Shown: positions 11,627 to 24,945 of the stretch, piece by piece
Numbering within the stretch: the stretch's first letter is position 1
Layout: each line of letters opens with the position of its first letter
Source: Albugo candida
Taxonomy: Eukaryota
Reading direction: 5' to 3'
NCBI GenBank assembly: GCA_040437565.1
Contig: JBDOQK010000026.1
Location: 124,001-188,000, forward strand
DNA: 64,000 nt
Program-made: the position numbers and the translations under genes
Notes under the pieces: generated by a model
What the model was told of the DNA's origin: nothing
The model's database searches: none
Seen by the model: only the letters and a program-made list of their open reading frames with translations

Positions 11627-12617
11627 TCACCACCACGAATTTTTAAAAGCTGATGCGGTTCTTCGCGAAATAGTTTGGTTGGTTGCGTTGGAATCGAGCA
11701 ACGTCGAGTCACAGCGAAGAGAGACTGCTTTGGGTGTGTATGATGCGATTTGACCTGCAAACTCAATCACTTGATTCAAGTATTGAGAAAATCCATGAAG
11801 ATCAATTGACAAAGATGGGACAGCCATCTACTCAGAGCTCTTCAATATTTCAGTAGAAATGTGAAATTAAATTGCACCGATTCTAGTATTTTTTGTGGAA
11901 GATCATTATATGTCGCTGGTCGTTTTGTTGGTGCTCCAATGCGATCCTTTTTATTGGCTAGGATGAGTTTGGGCATGGCTGCAAACTATCAAGACCCGTG
12001 ATAAGAGTCGGATACATTCAGATACATCATATTCAGATACATCATACCAGAGATTTATCGTTTGCGTGTTGAGAATAAGTAGCAGCAACCACTCCGCCAT
12101 TTGTTTGCTGTTCCGACGCAATCTCACTACAAACCCATCCGGATGATTGTGATGTATATGCATATAGACAAACTTACGTACCGCAACCAATCGCGAAGAT
12201 GTCGATAGGATTTAGTATTGCTCAAATCTTGTACCAATATGATACCTTGACGATACATTCATCTAGTTATCGTAGCGACCGTAATGTCTTCTCGACTGAC
12301 CATGAACACCATGGTAGAAGACCTTTCGGCTTTGCTTGTAAGTTGGATGGCCACTGACATCAACAAACTCTATAAAGTAATTGAAGTGCTCGCCCCGTTG
12401 ATTAGTGTGCGTATGCATCTATACAAAGTATGTACTATCAATGCACAGCTATCCTTGCAGTATTAATACGCACCAAGACGTGCTGCTCGCACCCCGTAGT
12501 CCAATGATGTGGATGCGCCATGACATCTTCACTCACGTTGCAGAGTTTTTTCAATAAAGTAGTCTTACCCGCTCCTGAGTCACCCACAACTAAAATGCGC
12601 ACACTCGGTATCTCCAT
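11627..12617 (-). CDS. RABL3: Rab-like protein 3 (atypical small GTPase), multi-exon
   Basis: MEIPSVRILVVGDSGAGKTTL (P-loop) and WTTGC; spliced exons read YFIEFVDVSGHPTYKQSRKVFYHGVHG and IILVQDLSNTKSYRHLRDWL, as in RABL3. The 3' exon structure is approximate. Confidence 0.82.
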
Positions 12618-13127
12618 ATTGATGCCAATTGGTTGTTTATAGTCTTGCCACATAAACAAGCCTCGATAGTAGCTTGCGTTCCATATAACAGTTACAAATG
12701 ATACCGCCACAAGCGCTGCTTATGGACATCGCATCACTAGTAGCAAGGAACAGTCTGCAGCAAATGGTATGAAAGCAGTCATTCCTCACATGTCGACTGC
12801 ATCACTAAGCTATCTAAAGGACGAAAAGGCGATTAATTGAGCGGCAGAGGCGAGTGAGCAGCAAATGACTCTAACTCGCCTTGTAGTGCCTGCTTCGATA
12901 TGCGCAGGGAACAAGTATTGCTTTGTGTCAAACACCATTCATGAAATTCGACGCTCTTGGTAGATGGCACTACTATTAAGTTGCTTGTTCTATCAACTTT
13001 TGTCAACATTCGATATTGCAGCCTATTACTGACAAAGTGATTGATTTTTCTAGCAATATTTCGATTTGTAATTAATTTTCTCAATCAATAATTCTGTCAA
13101 CAATCAATTTCTCTTCATTTCCACACT

Positions 13128-14634
13128 TTATCGCTCCCCGTGATTAATTTTCACTTCCCTCAAATCTCCTAAACGTGTGCTGCATATTATACCCCGAGAT
13201 CCTACACGAGCACTTGTTTCGGCGCGAAAATAACTTCCATTTGCCATTTTGATACGAAAAGTAACTACATATCACAAAACCACATTCAATAATCGATCAG
13301 CCACTTTTTTTGTGCAACCAAAAAGACCAGTCAACAAAAACTCACAAATGGTAAAGTCCCTCGGGCCTGATAACGCTTCAAAATGTCTCGAGACGTCCGG
13401 AAGATCACCCTATACGATCATTGCAAAATACGTTTCTTTTAATTTTGTGCGTTTCAATCAGCAAGAGACGTTTTACCGAGTGAACAAAGTCTAGGAAACT
13501 GCTGTGACCGATCACAATACTCTCCATTTCATAACCCAACAGTCGCGCGTAGGCAGTAGATCTGTATGTAAAAATGTATCCTGGGATTTCGGTACTCAGC
13601 AGTGCAATAAGATCGCAGCATTGCTCGCATAACTCCTGATATATATGTAATTGCTGTACTTCTTGTTTTAAGTTCTCCACAAATTCTTTTTTCCGTAAAC
13701 GGGATTTTCTAGAATGATCACGATTCCGCTCACGACTTTTTTCTTCTTTCAATAAAGCGGCCTTTTCTTCTTCCTTCATGACGGCGTATCGTTGATGTGC
13801 ATGGACATTATTCTTCAGCATTGCATTGAGTACTTCAGGTGAAAGTGTTTGTGACCCAAGCTCGTGCTGATGTAGCCAACGATGATGTGGATTATTGGTC
13901 GGACCGAATGGCTGAGATGGTGCAAGCAATCCATTCATTGCAGAGGTATTCGTATGGGGAGTGGAAAGCACTCCTGGCACATTGCCAGCCAGTCCTAAAT
14001 GTGCTATTTTGTTTTCGGTAGGGTGCTGTAATGTGAACAAATTACTGCTTGCCGTGACAGATGGCTGGTTGGGATTATATAATCCTCCGCTACCATTTAA
14101 TCCTGCAGAAGCGTATTCGACAGTGCTTGATTGACCGTATGTCGCCGTCGAGGCATTACTGTTTCCGAAAAGATTCGATGACGCTCCACCCAAACCACTT
14201 CCAATTCCAGCTGGTAATGTCATAGATGTTGCATTGTTCGACGAAGGTGTGTCACGAGGTCGACAAAGGCTTTCTAAGTATTGAGCATTGGCTTGTATTT
14301 TTGCCAATTCCGATGATGAAGGCTGATGCTCTGCTGATTGAGAATAATAAGGACCATTGTGTTCATTAGTACTTGGATGTACACCATTAGTGTCCAACGT
14401 GATTCCCATCAAAGCCGCATACTCTTCCACGGACTGAAAGTTCCCGGGTGTTTCCGCCGAGGCATTCGAGACGCCAGGTACCAGTGAAGCAGAAAAATGA
14501 CTGTGACTGCCGTTGGAGGAAATGTTTGCACGATGTGGAAAATCAGACACCATTTCCATGTCCAAAGCACCTAAATCTTCATCTTCTAAAGACATGTCGA
14601 CATCATTGGTCTGATTTGGTCTTCCAAAACTCAT
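13128..14634 (-). CDS. bZIP transcription factor with C-terminal PAS domain, 3 exons
   Basis: Basic region SRERNRDHSRKSRLRKKEFVENLKQEVQQL, then PAS-like DLIALLS..IFTYRSTAYARLLGYEMESIVIGHSSFLDFVH. Two downstream GT-AG introns extend it with GDLPDVSRHFEAL and TFRIKMANGSYFRAETSAR to TAA at 13128-13130. Confidence 0.82.
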
Positions 14635-15146
14635 CGTATCGATAATATTATTTCTCAGTGACAGGATAAGTAGTATTACTTATAATGCAGCAAGTTAAAA
14701 ATAGCAACAGTGTTGATTGCCCAAGAAAAAAAGAATGAGCTCAAATGTGGTACGTTAGCGGTGGGAAACAAAATATTATCACATGGATCCTAAGTGCGCC
14801 TTGGCAAGAACGTACTTTCGCGTTCATCCCTAACATATTCAACTCTTAACGGCCATCGGGTGATGCAATGGTCTTGAATTGGTATAGAGCACCGTGCGTC
14901 TTATCACGTAAGAAATATTTATTTCGGATACATTGCTCAAGATAAACCTCAGCCGTATAGAACGAAAATCATTCTGTAGATCTCGAAGCCGTCTCACTCT
15001 CTCGCACCCTCTAAGCAGCTGCTCAGAACCTTTAAAATAAACTGCTTATGATCTATCCAATTTCGTTCCAACCGTCACTATTCGTTAATTGTCAACACTT
15101 ATGCTACATATAGAATCACTCTTGTTCAAGTCGATCAATTGATTAA

Positions 15147-18100
15147 ATGATCCTCTTAGACTTTGAGGCTCTCCAAAACTTACCACGACAAGAGATTCTG
15201 CCAATTGACCAAATCCATTTGTATTCTGATGTTGGAGGGCATGCATCGGACTTCACAAAGAGCACAAGCTCCATGTCTTCATCCAGTCAGTCATTCGCAC
15301 TCCAGCCTAGAGTAGCTCGTCGGTACGAGTTTTATACGCCTACTTTATCTGAAGAGAGCTTGGACACCCGAGATGAAGCTTCTGTCTTTTCTCCAACTCA
15401 GGAGCAGCGGGTAGAGATTCCCCGTCGTCGGAGGTGATAAAACAATAAACTCTATATGCCTGTACACATCATCCATCAAACAATTTTGTTGCTTCGTAGG
15501 CAAAGGTTACGTACAATCAGCGCCGGCGAATTAGGTGTGATTATTGAGGACAAGGAGAATCATACGCCCCTGAAGTCGATTTTTTCACCTGAGTTCTCGT
15601 CCAAATTCGTGCTCAATTCGGAAGGTCGTGTGTGTGATGGACACACAAATCAACTAGTGAGCAAGGAAATGATACGAGCTCATGGTGAAGTAATTGTCGC
15701 AGCCTTGATTACTTACGTGCACACCCAAATGTTGCAGGAGTATCTTTTTGTTGAGCAGGTAATTCCAGCGCTTGACTATGATGTGGAGCGTGTGCCATTT
15801 ACTTCGTCTTGTGGAATTATGGAGTCGGTTATCAGCAATACCAAGATGATAGTTGGCTCTCAATTCAGCGACATGTCAGCTTCTATTTGCTCTACGACTG
15901 ATGGATTCCGTACAATGATTGACACCTCTGTCCCACGTTGTGTCTTTCATACATCAGCTGATTACAGTGTAGCCGAAAAGCTGCTTGTATTTGTTTGCAG
16001 CTCGCGAGGATTGAGTTGTGGAATCTGGAGTCGCTCGATCATGCTGAATGATGGAGTGAATACCGGCTCGATGATCCCTTATTTCCAACAAGCACTGGCA
16101 CTTGGGTATGGTGTCCTGGTCATGAATCCCAACATGAATGCACAAATGATGATTGATAAAAATGGAAACCATTCCAAAGTTGCTATTGAAGGTTCTTCGA
16201 CTCAGGAAGAACATGTGGAACACGTCTGTCAAAATTATATATTTCCATCAGCGGCACAAAAGATTCATTTTATTGCTTACGGTTATGGTGGGCAACTGGT
16301 AACTGATCTGATTAACAAATATTTTCACGAATTGAAAAATCGGCTAGGAAACGTGGCATTGATCGAATCAAATCACAAGATAGATGCAAAATGGTCTTCA
16401 TTTTCTCAGCGATTTTTCTCCGAGCATAGTATTTGCTGGCGACAGAGTCAGCATATGTTGATAAATTCTGTTTTATCACGAGGGAGTCATCCTTCAGATG
16501 GAAACGAAAGCGTGACCAGAGGGATACGGAATACGATAAATATCTCAGAAATGCTAGAGACTCGTGAGACTCGTCAATCTAAATTACAGAACGGGATTTT
16601 GTATCGAGGTCCTGCAGCTAATTCAGGTGGCTATCCAGCCACGAATGGTATGAACAGCATTGGATGTTTGTGCTTATCGGCTGGATCATCGGCAAAAAAT
16701 GGTGGCGTCATGAATCCAGCGTATACGACCCATATAGTGCGAGAAGCGGTTTTTGAGTTTTTGGCAGCTCCAAGTACGTACGAGTATGAGCATCAGATAT
16801 CTCGCAAAGTACGGTTGCGACGTCGTATTAGTGAGAAGATTGGGCTGAATGGGCCAGGCGAGCGCAAAAATGCTCGATCATCGCAATCAAATTCAGCGGC
16901 ATTTTTGGGTCTCAGCCAAAGAAAGTCGTGCACCGGAAATACAGATCAATCCATTGAGAGGATCGGCATCGATGATTTCGATTTATTGCATGTAGTTGGA
17001 CGGGGCGCGTTCGGAAAAGTAATGTTAGTTCGCCGAAAATCAGAATTTGTCCATAGCAGAGATACATCGATGAAGAAAAAAAGCAAATTCGGATTCCTGC
17101 AGACGCTCACGAATGGATTCACGGGTCAAGGTTTCGTTACAAAGGATTCGCAAGACAGATATCAGAAAAACGAGATGTCTGAAAACGGGCGCGTCTATGC
17201 GATGAAAGTGATACAAAAATCTGCTGTGTTCAAAAAAAGGCAAGTTGAACATACCAAGTCCGAACGTCGAATCTTGCAAAGCATAAATCACCCTTTCATT
17301 GTACAACTGCGATACGCGTTTCAAACGCGAACAAAGTTGTATTTTGTCATGGATTACTATCAAGGTGGCAGTCTGAATTTCCACCTGACAAGCTTAAAGG
17401 TATTCACCGAGGCCATGACCAGATTCTATGCCGCCCAATTGGTCCTTGCAATCTCTCATTTACACACATATAACATCGTGTATCGTGATTTGAAACCCGA
17501 CAATATTCTTATGGATGAGGAAGGATATCTGGCTTTGGCAGATTTTGGGTTATCTCAAGATCGTTATGATCCAAAAGGAGGTCTTCTCACATTCTGTGGC
17601 ACAGCAGAGTACATTGCACCTGAACTTATTCGTCGAATACCTTATGGAAAGTCTGTGGACTATTGGAGTTTGGGGATTCTCATTTTTGAGATGCTGGCTG
17701 GGTTCACACCATTTTTCCATTATAATCGGCAGCACAATTTCAGAAATATTCTAGACCTCCCATTACAATTTCCACCGACATTTTCCGATGACGTGAAATC
17801 TCTCTTGCGTGCTTTGCTCGTCAGAGACCCAAGCAAACGACTCGGTTCCGGGCAGTGTGGTGTTCAGGAGATCAAAGATTACGCGTTCTTCTCTAGTATT
17901 GACTGGGAGCAACTATACAAGCGCCAAATTCGAGCACCTTACCAACCACGTGTGCGCGAAATGGAGGATGTCTCAAATGTGCCTNNNNNNNNNNNNNNNN
18001 NNNNNNNNNNNNNNNNNNNNNNNNNNNNNNNNNNNNNNNNNNNNNNNNNNNNNNNNNNNNNNNNNNNNNNNNNNNNNNNNNNNNTGAGATGCTGGCTGGG

Positions 18101-18505
18101 TTCACACCATTTTTCCATTATAATCGGCAGCACAATTTCAGAAATATTCTAGACCTCCCATTACAATTTCCACCGACATTTTCCGATGACGTGAAATCTC
18201 TCTTGCGTGCTTTGCTCGTCAGAGACCCAAGCAAACGACTCGGTTCCGGGCAGTGTGGTGTTCAGGAGATCAAAGATTACGCGTTCTTCTCTAGTATTGA
18301 CTGGGAGCAACTATACAAGCGCCAAATTCGAGCACCTTACCAACCACGTGTGCGCGAAATGGAGGATGTCTCAAATGTGCCTGTTGTTTTCAAACACGAG
18401 GAAGCTAGGGATTCCGTATCGAGCGAGGTCGATGAAGCAAGCCATCAGGTGTTCGACGGTTTTACGTACATAGATCCGTGGCAATCGCAAGAAATAAGGG
18501 TGTGA
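15147..18505 (+). CDS. AGC-family Ser/Thr kinase with N-terminal FAM172/Arb2-like alpha/beta-hydrolase-fold domain
   Basis: Exon 1 15147-15433, intron to about 15499. FAM172-like motifs (GIWSRSIMLNDGVNTGSMIPYFQQALALGYGVLVMNPN, EEH, FIAYGYGG, VALIESNH) and kinase motifs GRGAFGKV, YAMK, YRDLKPDN, DFG, TFCGTAEYIAPE and C-terminal FDGFTY. The gap at 17985-18084 has duplicated flanks. Confidence 0.9.
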
Positions 18506-18531
18506 ATCCAGTCTATGTACTCAATAATCTT

Positions 18532-19583
18532 CTATTGCCAGTGTTTGGCCGGTTTCATATGAAAGTTCTCGTACAGTCGAAGTAAGTTTCGTTGGAGCAT
18601 TGCTACGGTCACTTTTCCAACAAGTGGAACGTACTTAACGCCTGGGATCTACGTAAGACCCATGAGCTCAGAGCCTTTTAGTACGAGAAAAAGTATTGGT
18701 GTACCTTGAGGAGGTTAGCTTCGTCCACATTCTTGTAAGAAGACACGTTGATTACAACCGTGTTTTCAGCAACCCAGTCAAGCGGTAACTTGTAGTCTTT
18801 TACGGGTACACCAGTTATGATTACGTGCGATTTTTTGCAAGCACTTTCATTCGTCTCCTGGGTCTGGTCATGTCAACGTAAGAAAATAGCCAAAATATTG
18901 ATAAAAAAACGTACTTGAATGAGTTTCCCACGGCGATACAAGTACAATGAGTCGACATCTATACTATACACATCCGCTCCGTCATTTGCGAGCATTGCAG
19001 CCAATGGTCGTCCGACAATGTCACTTCGGTTGATGACTGTAATATTTTTACCATTTAGATGGTCACCTTCTGGATTTGCCTTATCATATACACTTAAATA
19101 TTCCAAAATTTTAACAATTGCCAACGGTGTACACGGTAGTACACATTTCTGTGTCTTTTGGTCATCCATAAAACGAATATTACGATAAAGATTCCCTCGG
19201 TAGTACTGGCACAGCCCTTCAGCATCCTTTTTTATAGCAATAGAATCACGTAAGAAGTCATCCATAGTTCCTCCAAAAAACGATGGAAAGTTGCCGAAAC
19301 AAGGGTAGTACACGATGATACCGTGCACTTCTGGATCATCATTAGCAAGAGTCAATGCATCCATTAAATTATCTTTCTCAACCTCTCTTAGCTCATAGCG
19401 AATTCCACTGGCACAGCAAGTTTTGCCTGTCCAATCAGCATACTTTCTAGCAGCCTTGTCATCGTTTGCTAAGAATCCTACGAGCTTTGGCCCCTTTCCA
19501 TTCAGCTCCTTAGTAATGTAGGATCGAACAGCGTCATTAAACGGAGCAGCTATCAAACCAGCATCGATCTTTTCACCCATCAT
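18532..19583 (-). CDS. MTD1: NAD-dependent methylenetetrahydrofolate dehydrogenase (yeast MTD1 type), 3 exons
   Basis: GIIVYYP, LYRNIRFMD, LPCTPLAIVKILEYL, INRSDIVGRPLAAMLANDGADVYSID; last exon YVPLVGKVTVAMLQRNLLRL ends at TAG 18532-18534. Confidence 0.9.
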
Positions 19584-19656
19584 TAATTAACTACCAGTGG
19601 TTCTGTTATTGTGCCACAAACACGCACTTAAGAACTGTTAAGTATGTAGACATTGA

Positions 19657-20884
19657 TTATCTCTTTGCCAAGTCCTTGGCAGTTCGGTGCAGGTGCAGAC
19701 TCCAATCCATTTTCGTTTGCGTAACTATACACATATTTACTGTAAACGATTGAAAATTGGGTAGAAAATGGTACCTGGCATGATCCGACGCATCTCTTTC
19801 AATGTTTCGTGAGACATGTTGATGTACAATTCGTCCAAAGAGTTCTTTCAAGTGCAACATATAAGTGTGTGTAGCGGTAGGATGATGGCAGTCGATTACC
19901 TGAAGTGAGTCTTCTGCGTCTTTGATAACATGAACAACCTCTTCTCCGAGCTCAAGTGGCGTCTTATTGAGGGAAAGTGTCTGCTGTACCTTCTTGGTGT
20001 CTTGCAATTGCAAATTGCCATTTTCGTAATAGTGAACGTGCAAATTGATCTCACCAGACATCACATTCGGCTGAACTCCAACATCCACTTCCCATCGACT
20101 CTTCCATTGTCCACTCCTAATGATAATGAATTTACATGATATGCAGTATGCCAAAATGACGCATTTCCCACCAATAATTACGCAGGTTCACTCGCTCCGT
20201 ACACATCAAGATAAGGAGTTTTGATTCTTTAGCATATACAGCCGTGTTTGCTCTATGCAGTTGTAGCCTGAGCCAAAGGTATTCCCCATATATGCACCAT
20301 ACACATACTCATTCATGTACTCTCGAGCTTCGTAGTCCTGCAATGCATTCTCAATGGCAAGCCTGATAACGCTTAATTGGAATGGTTTTCTCCATTGACA
20401 TCAAACAAAACTCTGAACCTTTCATCGCGCAAAATGCCTGACGTATCAATTTTCAATTCTGCCGATGAAATTTCATTGAGCTCCTACGCGCATTGCTATT
20501 AGATATTTGAACGTACAATAAAGACACGAACCTGTGTGAAATGGTCGAATCCATACATAAGGTTTGTCCGTGGGTCAACATAGTGTTTCTCATCAATTTG
20601 ACTTTCTTGGCAGATCAGCAGCTGCGACATTGACTTAATATGAAAACTTTATACTGATATCGGAAGCATACTTTGTGATCCTGATTGGGAATAGCAACCG
20701 CAAAATAATTTGTATGATGGTAGTGCTCAAATAATGTCTTCAGATAATCACTCGAGAAGAATTGCTCAGGCAGCAGCTCTTTGAGCTCCTTCAGCACTTC
20801 ATGAGTTTGGCCAGGCGGGCTTGACAGTAGAAAATCCCTCAATATCAATCGAGCTTGATCCTCGGAAATGCTTGTGTTGATCAT
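19657..20884 (-). CDS. CAPZA: F-actin capping protein alpha subunit, multi-exon
   Basis: FLLSSPPGQTHEVLKEL at the N-terminus; SGQWKSRW, VHYYENGNLQL and VTQTKMDW in later exons. Confidence 0.9.
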
Positions 20885-20972
20885 TGCTTTGCGGTCACTC
20901 TATTCGAGGATATGTGATCCGCATCCTTATCTGATGTTACGCCGACATTATACATCTACTCGCGTGCCATAA

Positions 20973-23858
20973 ATGCGATCAAGTTTTGTGCAAGGTCGGG
21001 TCGCCTTACGCTCCACCTTTCGTGTTTCAAGATCTTTAATCGCATCACCCCAATGTGCTTTGCCAAGGGCACTTTACACGCGAGCTTTCTCTATAAGAAG
21101 CAGTATTTTTCAGTCGGTGAGTCGAGCTCCACGTTCATTTCTATCCAACCGTTCGATTGCGTGGTTCTCCTCCGCTGATAATGACCGCAATGATCCCAGC
21201 AAGAAACAACCGGATGAGTCAGTTCAAGATGAGGATGTGAGTGTCATTGAAGGCAATGCAGTGACATCCCTGCTTACAGAAGGAGATCAAAACACCGTTG
21301 TTTCTCATGTAGTAATTGTGCCTACACACAGACGTCCATTTTTTCCCGGAGTCATCTTTCCAATGACGATTTCGGATCCTCAACTACGGAATTCACTTGT
21401 TAGTCTTAAAAAGTCGGGACAGCACCATGTTGGTGTCTTTCTTCGGAAAAATGCATCGAATCCTATCTCAGAAGTGGACACGAGCAAAGACTCGAAATCT
21501 CACGAAGCAGCTTTACAAAATGGAATTCTTGGGTCAAGTCAGCATCAAGATGATGAATTAATTCGTGACTTGAGTGAAATTCATCACGTTGGGAGTTTGG
21601 CTCGTGTTGATAGTCTCATTCCTTTGGATGCAAATAATCTACAAGTTCTATTGGTGTCCCAACGTCGCATTATTATCGAGAGCTTGCTTGACTCAGACCT
21701 TCCGCTTCGTGTTAATATTGGATCACTTGAGGCACAAGAGTACGATGCCGAAAGTAAATTGGTCCGGGCATATTCGAACGAAATTGTGGCTACTTTGCGT
21801 GAAATTGTAAAGTTGAATCCGCTTTTCAAAGACCACATGCAGTTTTTTTCTCGGAGAATCGATATTCACAATCCATTTAAATTGGCTGACTTTGCCGCAT
21901 CCGTGACCACAGCAGATGGAGAAGATTTGCAGCTGGTAATGGAAGAAATGAATTGTGAGCTTCGCTTGAAAAAGTCGTTGGAACTAATTACAAAGGAACT
22001 GGAACTAAGCAAAGTGCAACAAGTTATCAAGGAGCAAGTCGAAGCCAAGATCTCCAAAAATCAGCGCCAATATCTATTAATGGAGCAACTCAAGGTGATA
22101 AAAAAGGAGCTTGGATTAGAAAAAGACGATAAAGAAGCGATGATACAAAAGTTCAGAGAGCGAATTGATGCATTTGAACCCGGATGGCTTCCTGAGGCAG
22201 CACAGGCCGCCATCGATGAAGAGATTCAAAAACTGGAGATGCTGGAAAAAAATTCATCAGAATTCAATGTGACGAGAAATTACTTAGAGTGGCTTACACA
22301 GCTTCCATGGGGCAAAGCTACTGTAGAAAACTTTGACATTCAAAAAGCCAAAAAAGTCTTGGATAATGATCACTATGGCTTGTCGGATATCAAAGAGCGT
22401 ATTCTGGAATTCATTGCTGTGTCAAAACTGAAAGAAAGTGTTCAGGGCAAGATTCTTTGCTTTGTAGGGCCACCAGGAGTGGGGAAAACGAGCATAGGAA
22501 AATCCATTGCTGAATGCCTGAATCGAGAATTTTATCGTTTTTCTGTGGGTGGACTAAGTGACGTGGCAGAAATCAAAGGTCATCGTCGTACTTATGTTGG
22601 GGCGATGCCTGGCAAAGTCATTCAATGTCTCAAGACTACCCAAAGCTCCAACCCTCTAATTTTGATTGATGAAATCGATAAACTCGGCAGAGGCTATCAA
22701 GGTGATCCAGCATCCGCATTATTGGAATTACTCGACCCATCACAAAATCAGCACTTTGTCGATCACTTTATGGATGTTCCAGTAGATTTATCTCGCATTC
22801 TCTTCATTTGTACTGCGAATGTGACCGACACCATCCCGGGGCCTCTTTTGGATCGAATGGAAGTACTGCGTCTGTCCGGATATGATGCACCCGAAAAACT
22901 ATCGATCGCAAGGGAATATCTTGTTCCAAAGGTGATGAAAAGAACAGGTCTTGACCAGTACAAAGGTGGATGCGACAAAGACACAGCATTTTGCCTGACT
23001 GATGATGCAATTCTGACACTTGTAAAGCAGTATTGCAGAGAGAGCGGATTGCGGAATCTAGAACAGCACATTGAGCGCATTTTCAGAAAAGTTGCACTCG
23101 AAATCGTGCAGGAACAAGAAAAAACTCAAAAGCAGGTTATCGATTTGACCGAGGAGAGCGACAAATATCGCATCACAGCCGAAAAGCTGTACAAGTATGT
23201 CGGTAAACCAGTGTATCAGTCGTACGTACAATGCCATGCTACTTCCCGTAAAGGTTGAACTAACCCGTGTTTCTATTGAAGCGATCGTATGTATGATACA
23301 ATGCCACCCGGTGTGGTTATGGGTCTAGCGTGGACTGCGATGGGTGGATCGTCATTGTATATTGAGACCACTGCAATCACTTTGGACAGTGAGAAAGCCG
23401 GATTGGTCACAACTGGTCAAATGGGGTCCGTGATGGAAGAAAGCACGAAAATCGCTCACACACACGCTAGGCACATGCTGCAAGAGCTAGACCCGACCAA
23501 TTCCTTTTTTAAACGCGCGGAGATCCATATGCATGTTCCTGAAGGAGCGACTCCTAAGGACGGACCGTCAGCAGGATGCACTATGGTAACTGCGTTGCTT
23601 TCTCTAGCCTTGAAGAAAGCAGTTCGCTCGGATCTAGCGATGACGGGAGAGGTATCTTTAACGGGTAAAGTGTTGCCTGTGGGTGGCATTAAGGAGAAAA
23701 CAATCGCTGCAAAAAATGCGGGTGTTTCCGTATTAGTGTTGCCGAAAGGTAATCAGCGTGACTTCGAAGAATTGGAAGAATATCTGCGGAAAGATTTAGA
23801 AGTCCATTTTGCTGACTCTTACGCAGATGTCTACAAAGTAGCTTTCACTGACCAATAA
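20973..23858 (+). CDS. LONP1: Mitochondrial Lon protease
   Basis: Transit peptide, Lon N domain, Walker [27 protein letters not shown]; intron about 23222-23281; protease domain with PKDGPSAG and GGIKEK. Confidence 0.96.
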
Positions 23859-23987
23859 AAAAACCAATGACGGGACGCAGCGTATAGGGGATTATAGGTA
23901 CAGTTTAGTGTTTTTTTTGCACCGAGTCAAAAAGTGAAAATTTGACTTTAGATCACGTGATCTGCTTCCTTTAGAATTTATTGGCTC

Positions 23988-24685
23988 ATGGTTTTACGTG
24001 CGGTGTGGAATGTCGCCAGCGCACTCTTATATCGGCGAGTGAATAAACAGAAAATTAAACCCGGACTAGGAATATTATATCCAGCTATATGGAAAGCACG
24101 CACCGGATTTCTCGATTGTGATATCAATTTGCATCTGAATAATGCCTCTTATTTATATAGCATGGAGCTGGCTCGATGGCACTTCTGCACGTAAGTCAAC
24201 TGGTAGATTATGAATACGAGTTTCGCTAATTTACGCTCAACAGAATCAATGGACTAACACAAACCGTTCTGAAAAACCGCTGCTTGTTTTTAGTGGCTTC
24301 ATCCTCAATCCGGTTCCGATATCCCATCCAGCCTTTTGGTGCATACGAAGTACACACTCAATTGGCACACTATGACGAACGATTTTCCTATTTTGTACAG
24401 CGATTTCATTGTCCGTCAACAGGAAAAATATTTGCAGAGGGCTTGTGTCGCATCATTATCAAGAAGCAAGGAAAAGACGTTCCGCCGGTTCAGCTCTGCG
24501 CCCAGATTGGAGTGGATCTTACTGCGATCAAAGCAGAGACGACTCCAGCCATTGTGCAAAAATTTTCTGACTGGGATAGAGTCTGTCAATCAGACATGGA
24601 AGACTTCAATCGACGGGAGATGGAAAATGCCTCCAAACGTAAGAAGAGATTTGTCGACATTTTCACTCGAAGCATCAACTTTTAA
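23988..24685 (+). CDS. Hotdog-fold thioesterase-like protein (THEM6/4HBT family), 2 exons
   Basis: DCDINLHLNNASYLYSMELARWHF motif; intron about 24191-24243; SSIRFRYPIQPFGAYEVHTQL. Confidence 0.82.
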
Positions 24686-24945
24686 CAACATTAGTGTAAT
24701 GTTTGCATGGAAAGAGCAGGGTTAGTGCATTTAAAAAGAAACACCATTTCATTGCTACTGATTGATTTTAATTCTAAGTGGTGAAATTCCAATTCAGTTA
24801 TTCCTCACAATATTGTCTTTCTAATCGCTTCACTAAGGGAAAAAATCCAGACTACCCTCCGACTTCTAGACCGTTTAAATAGCCATCAAGTGCCGTACCA
24901 TATAACACCGTCTGAAATTGTAGACACAAAACCCTGTGCTCGATA

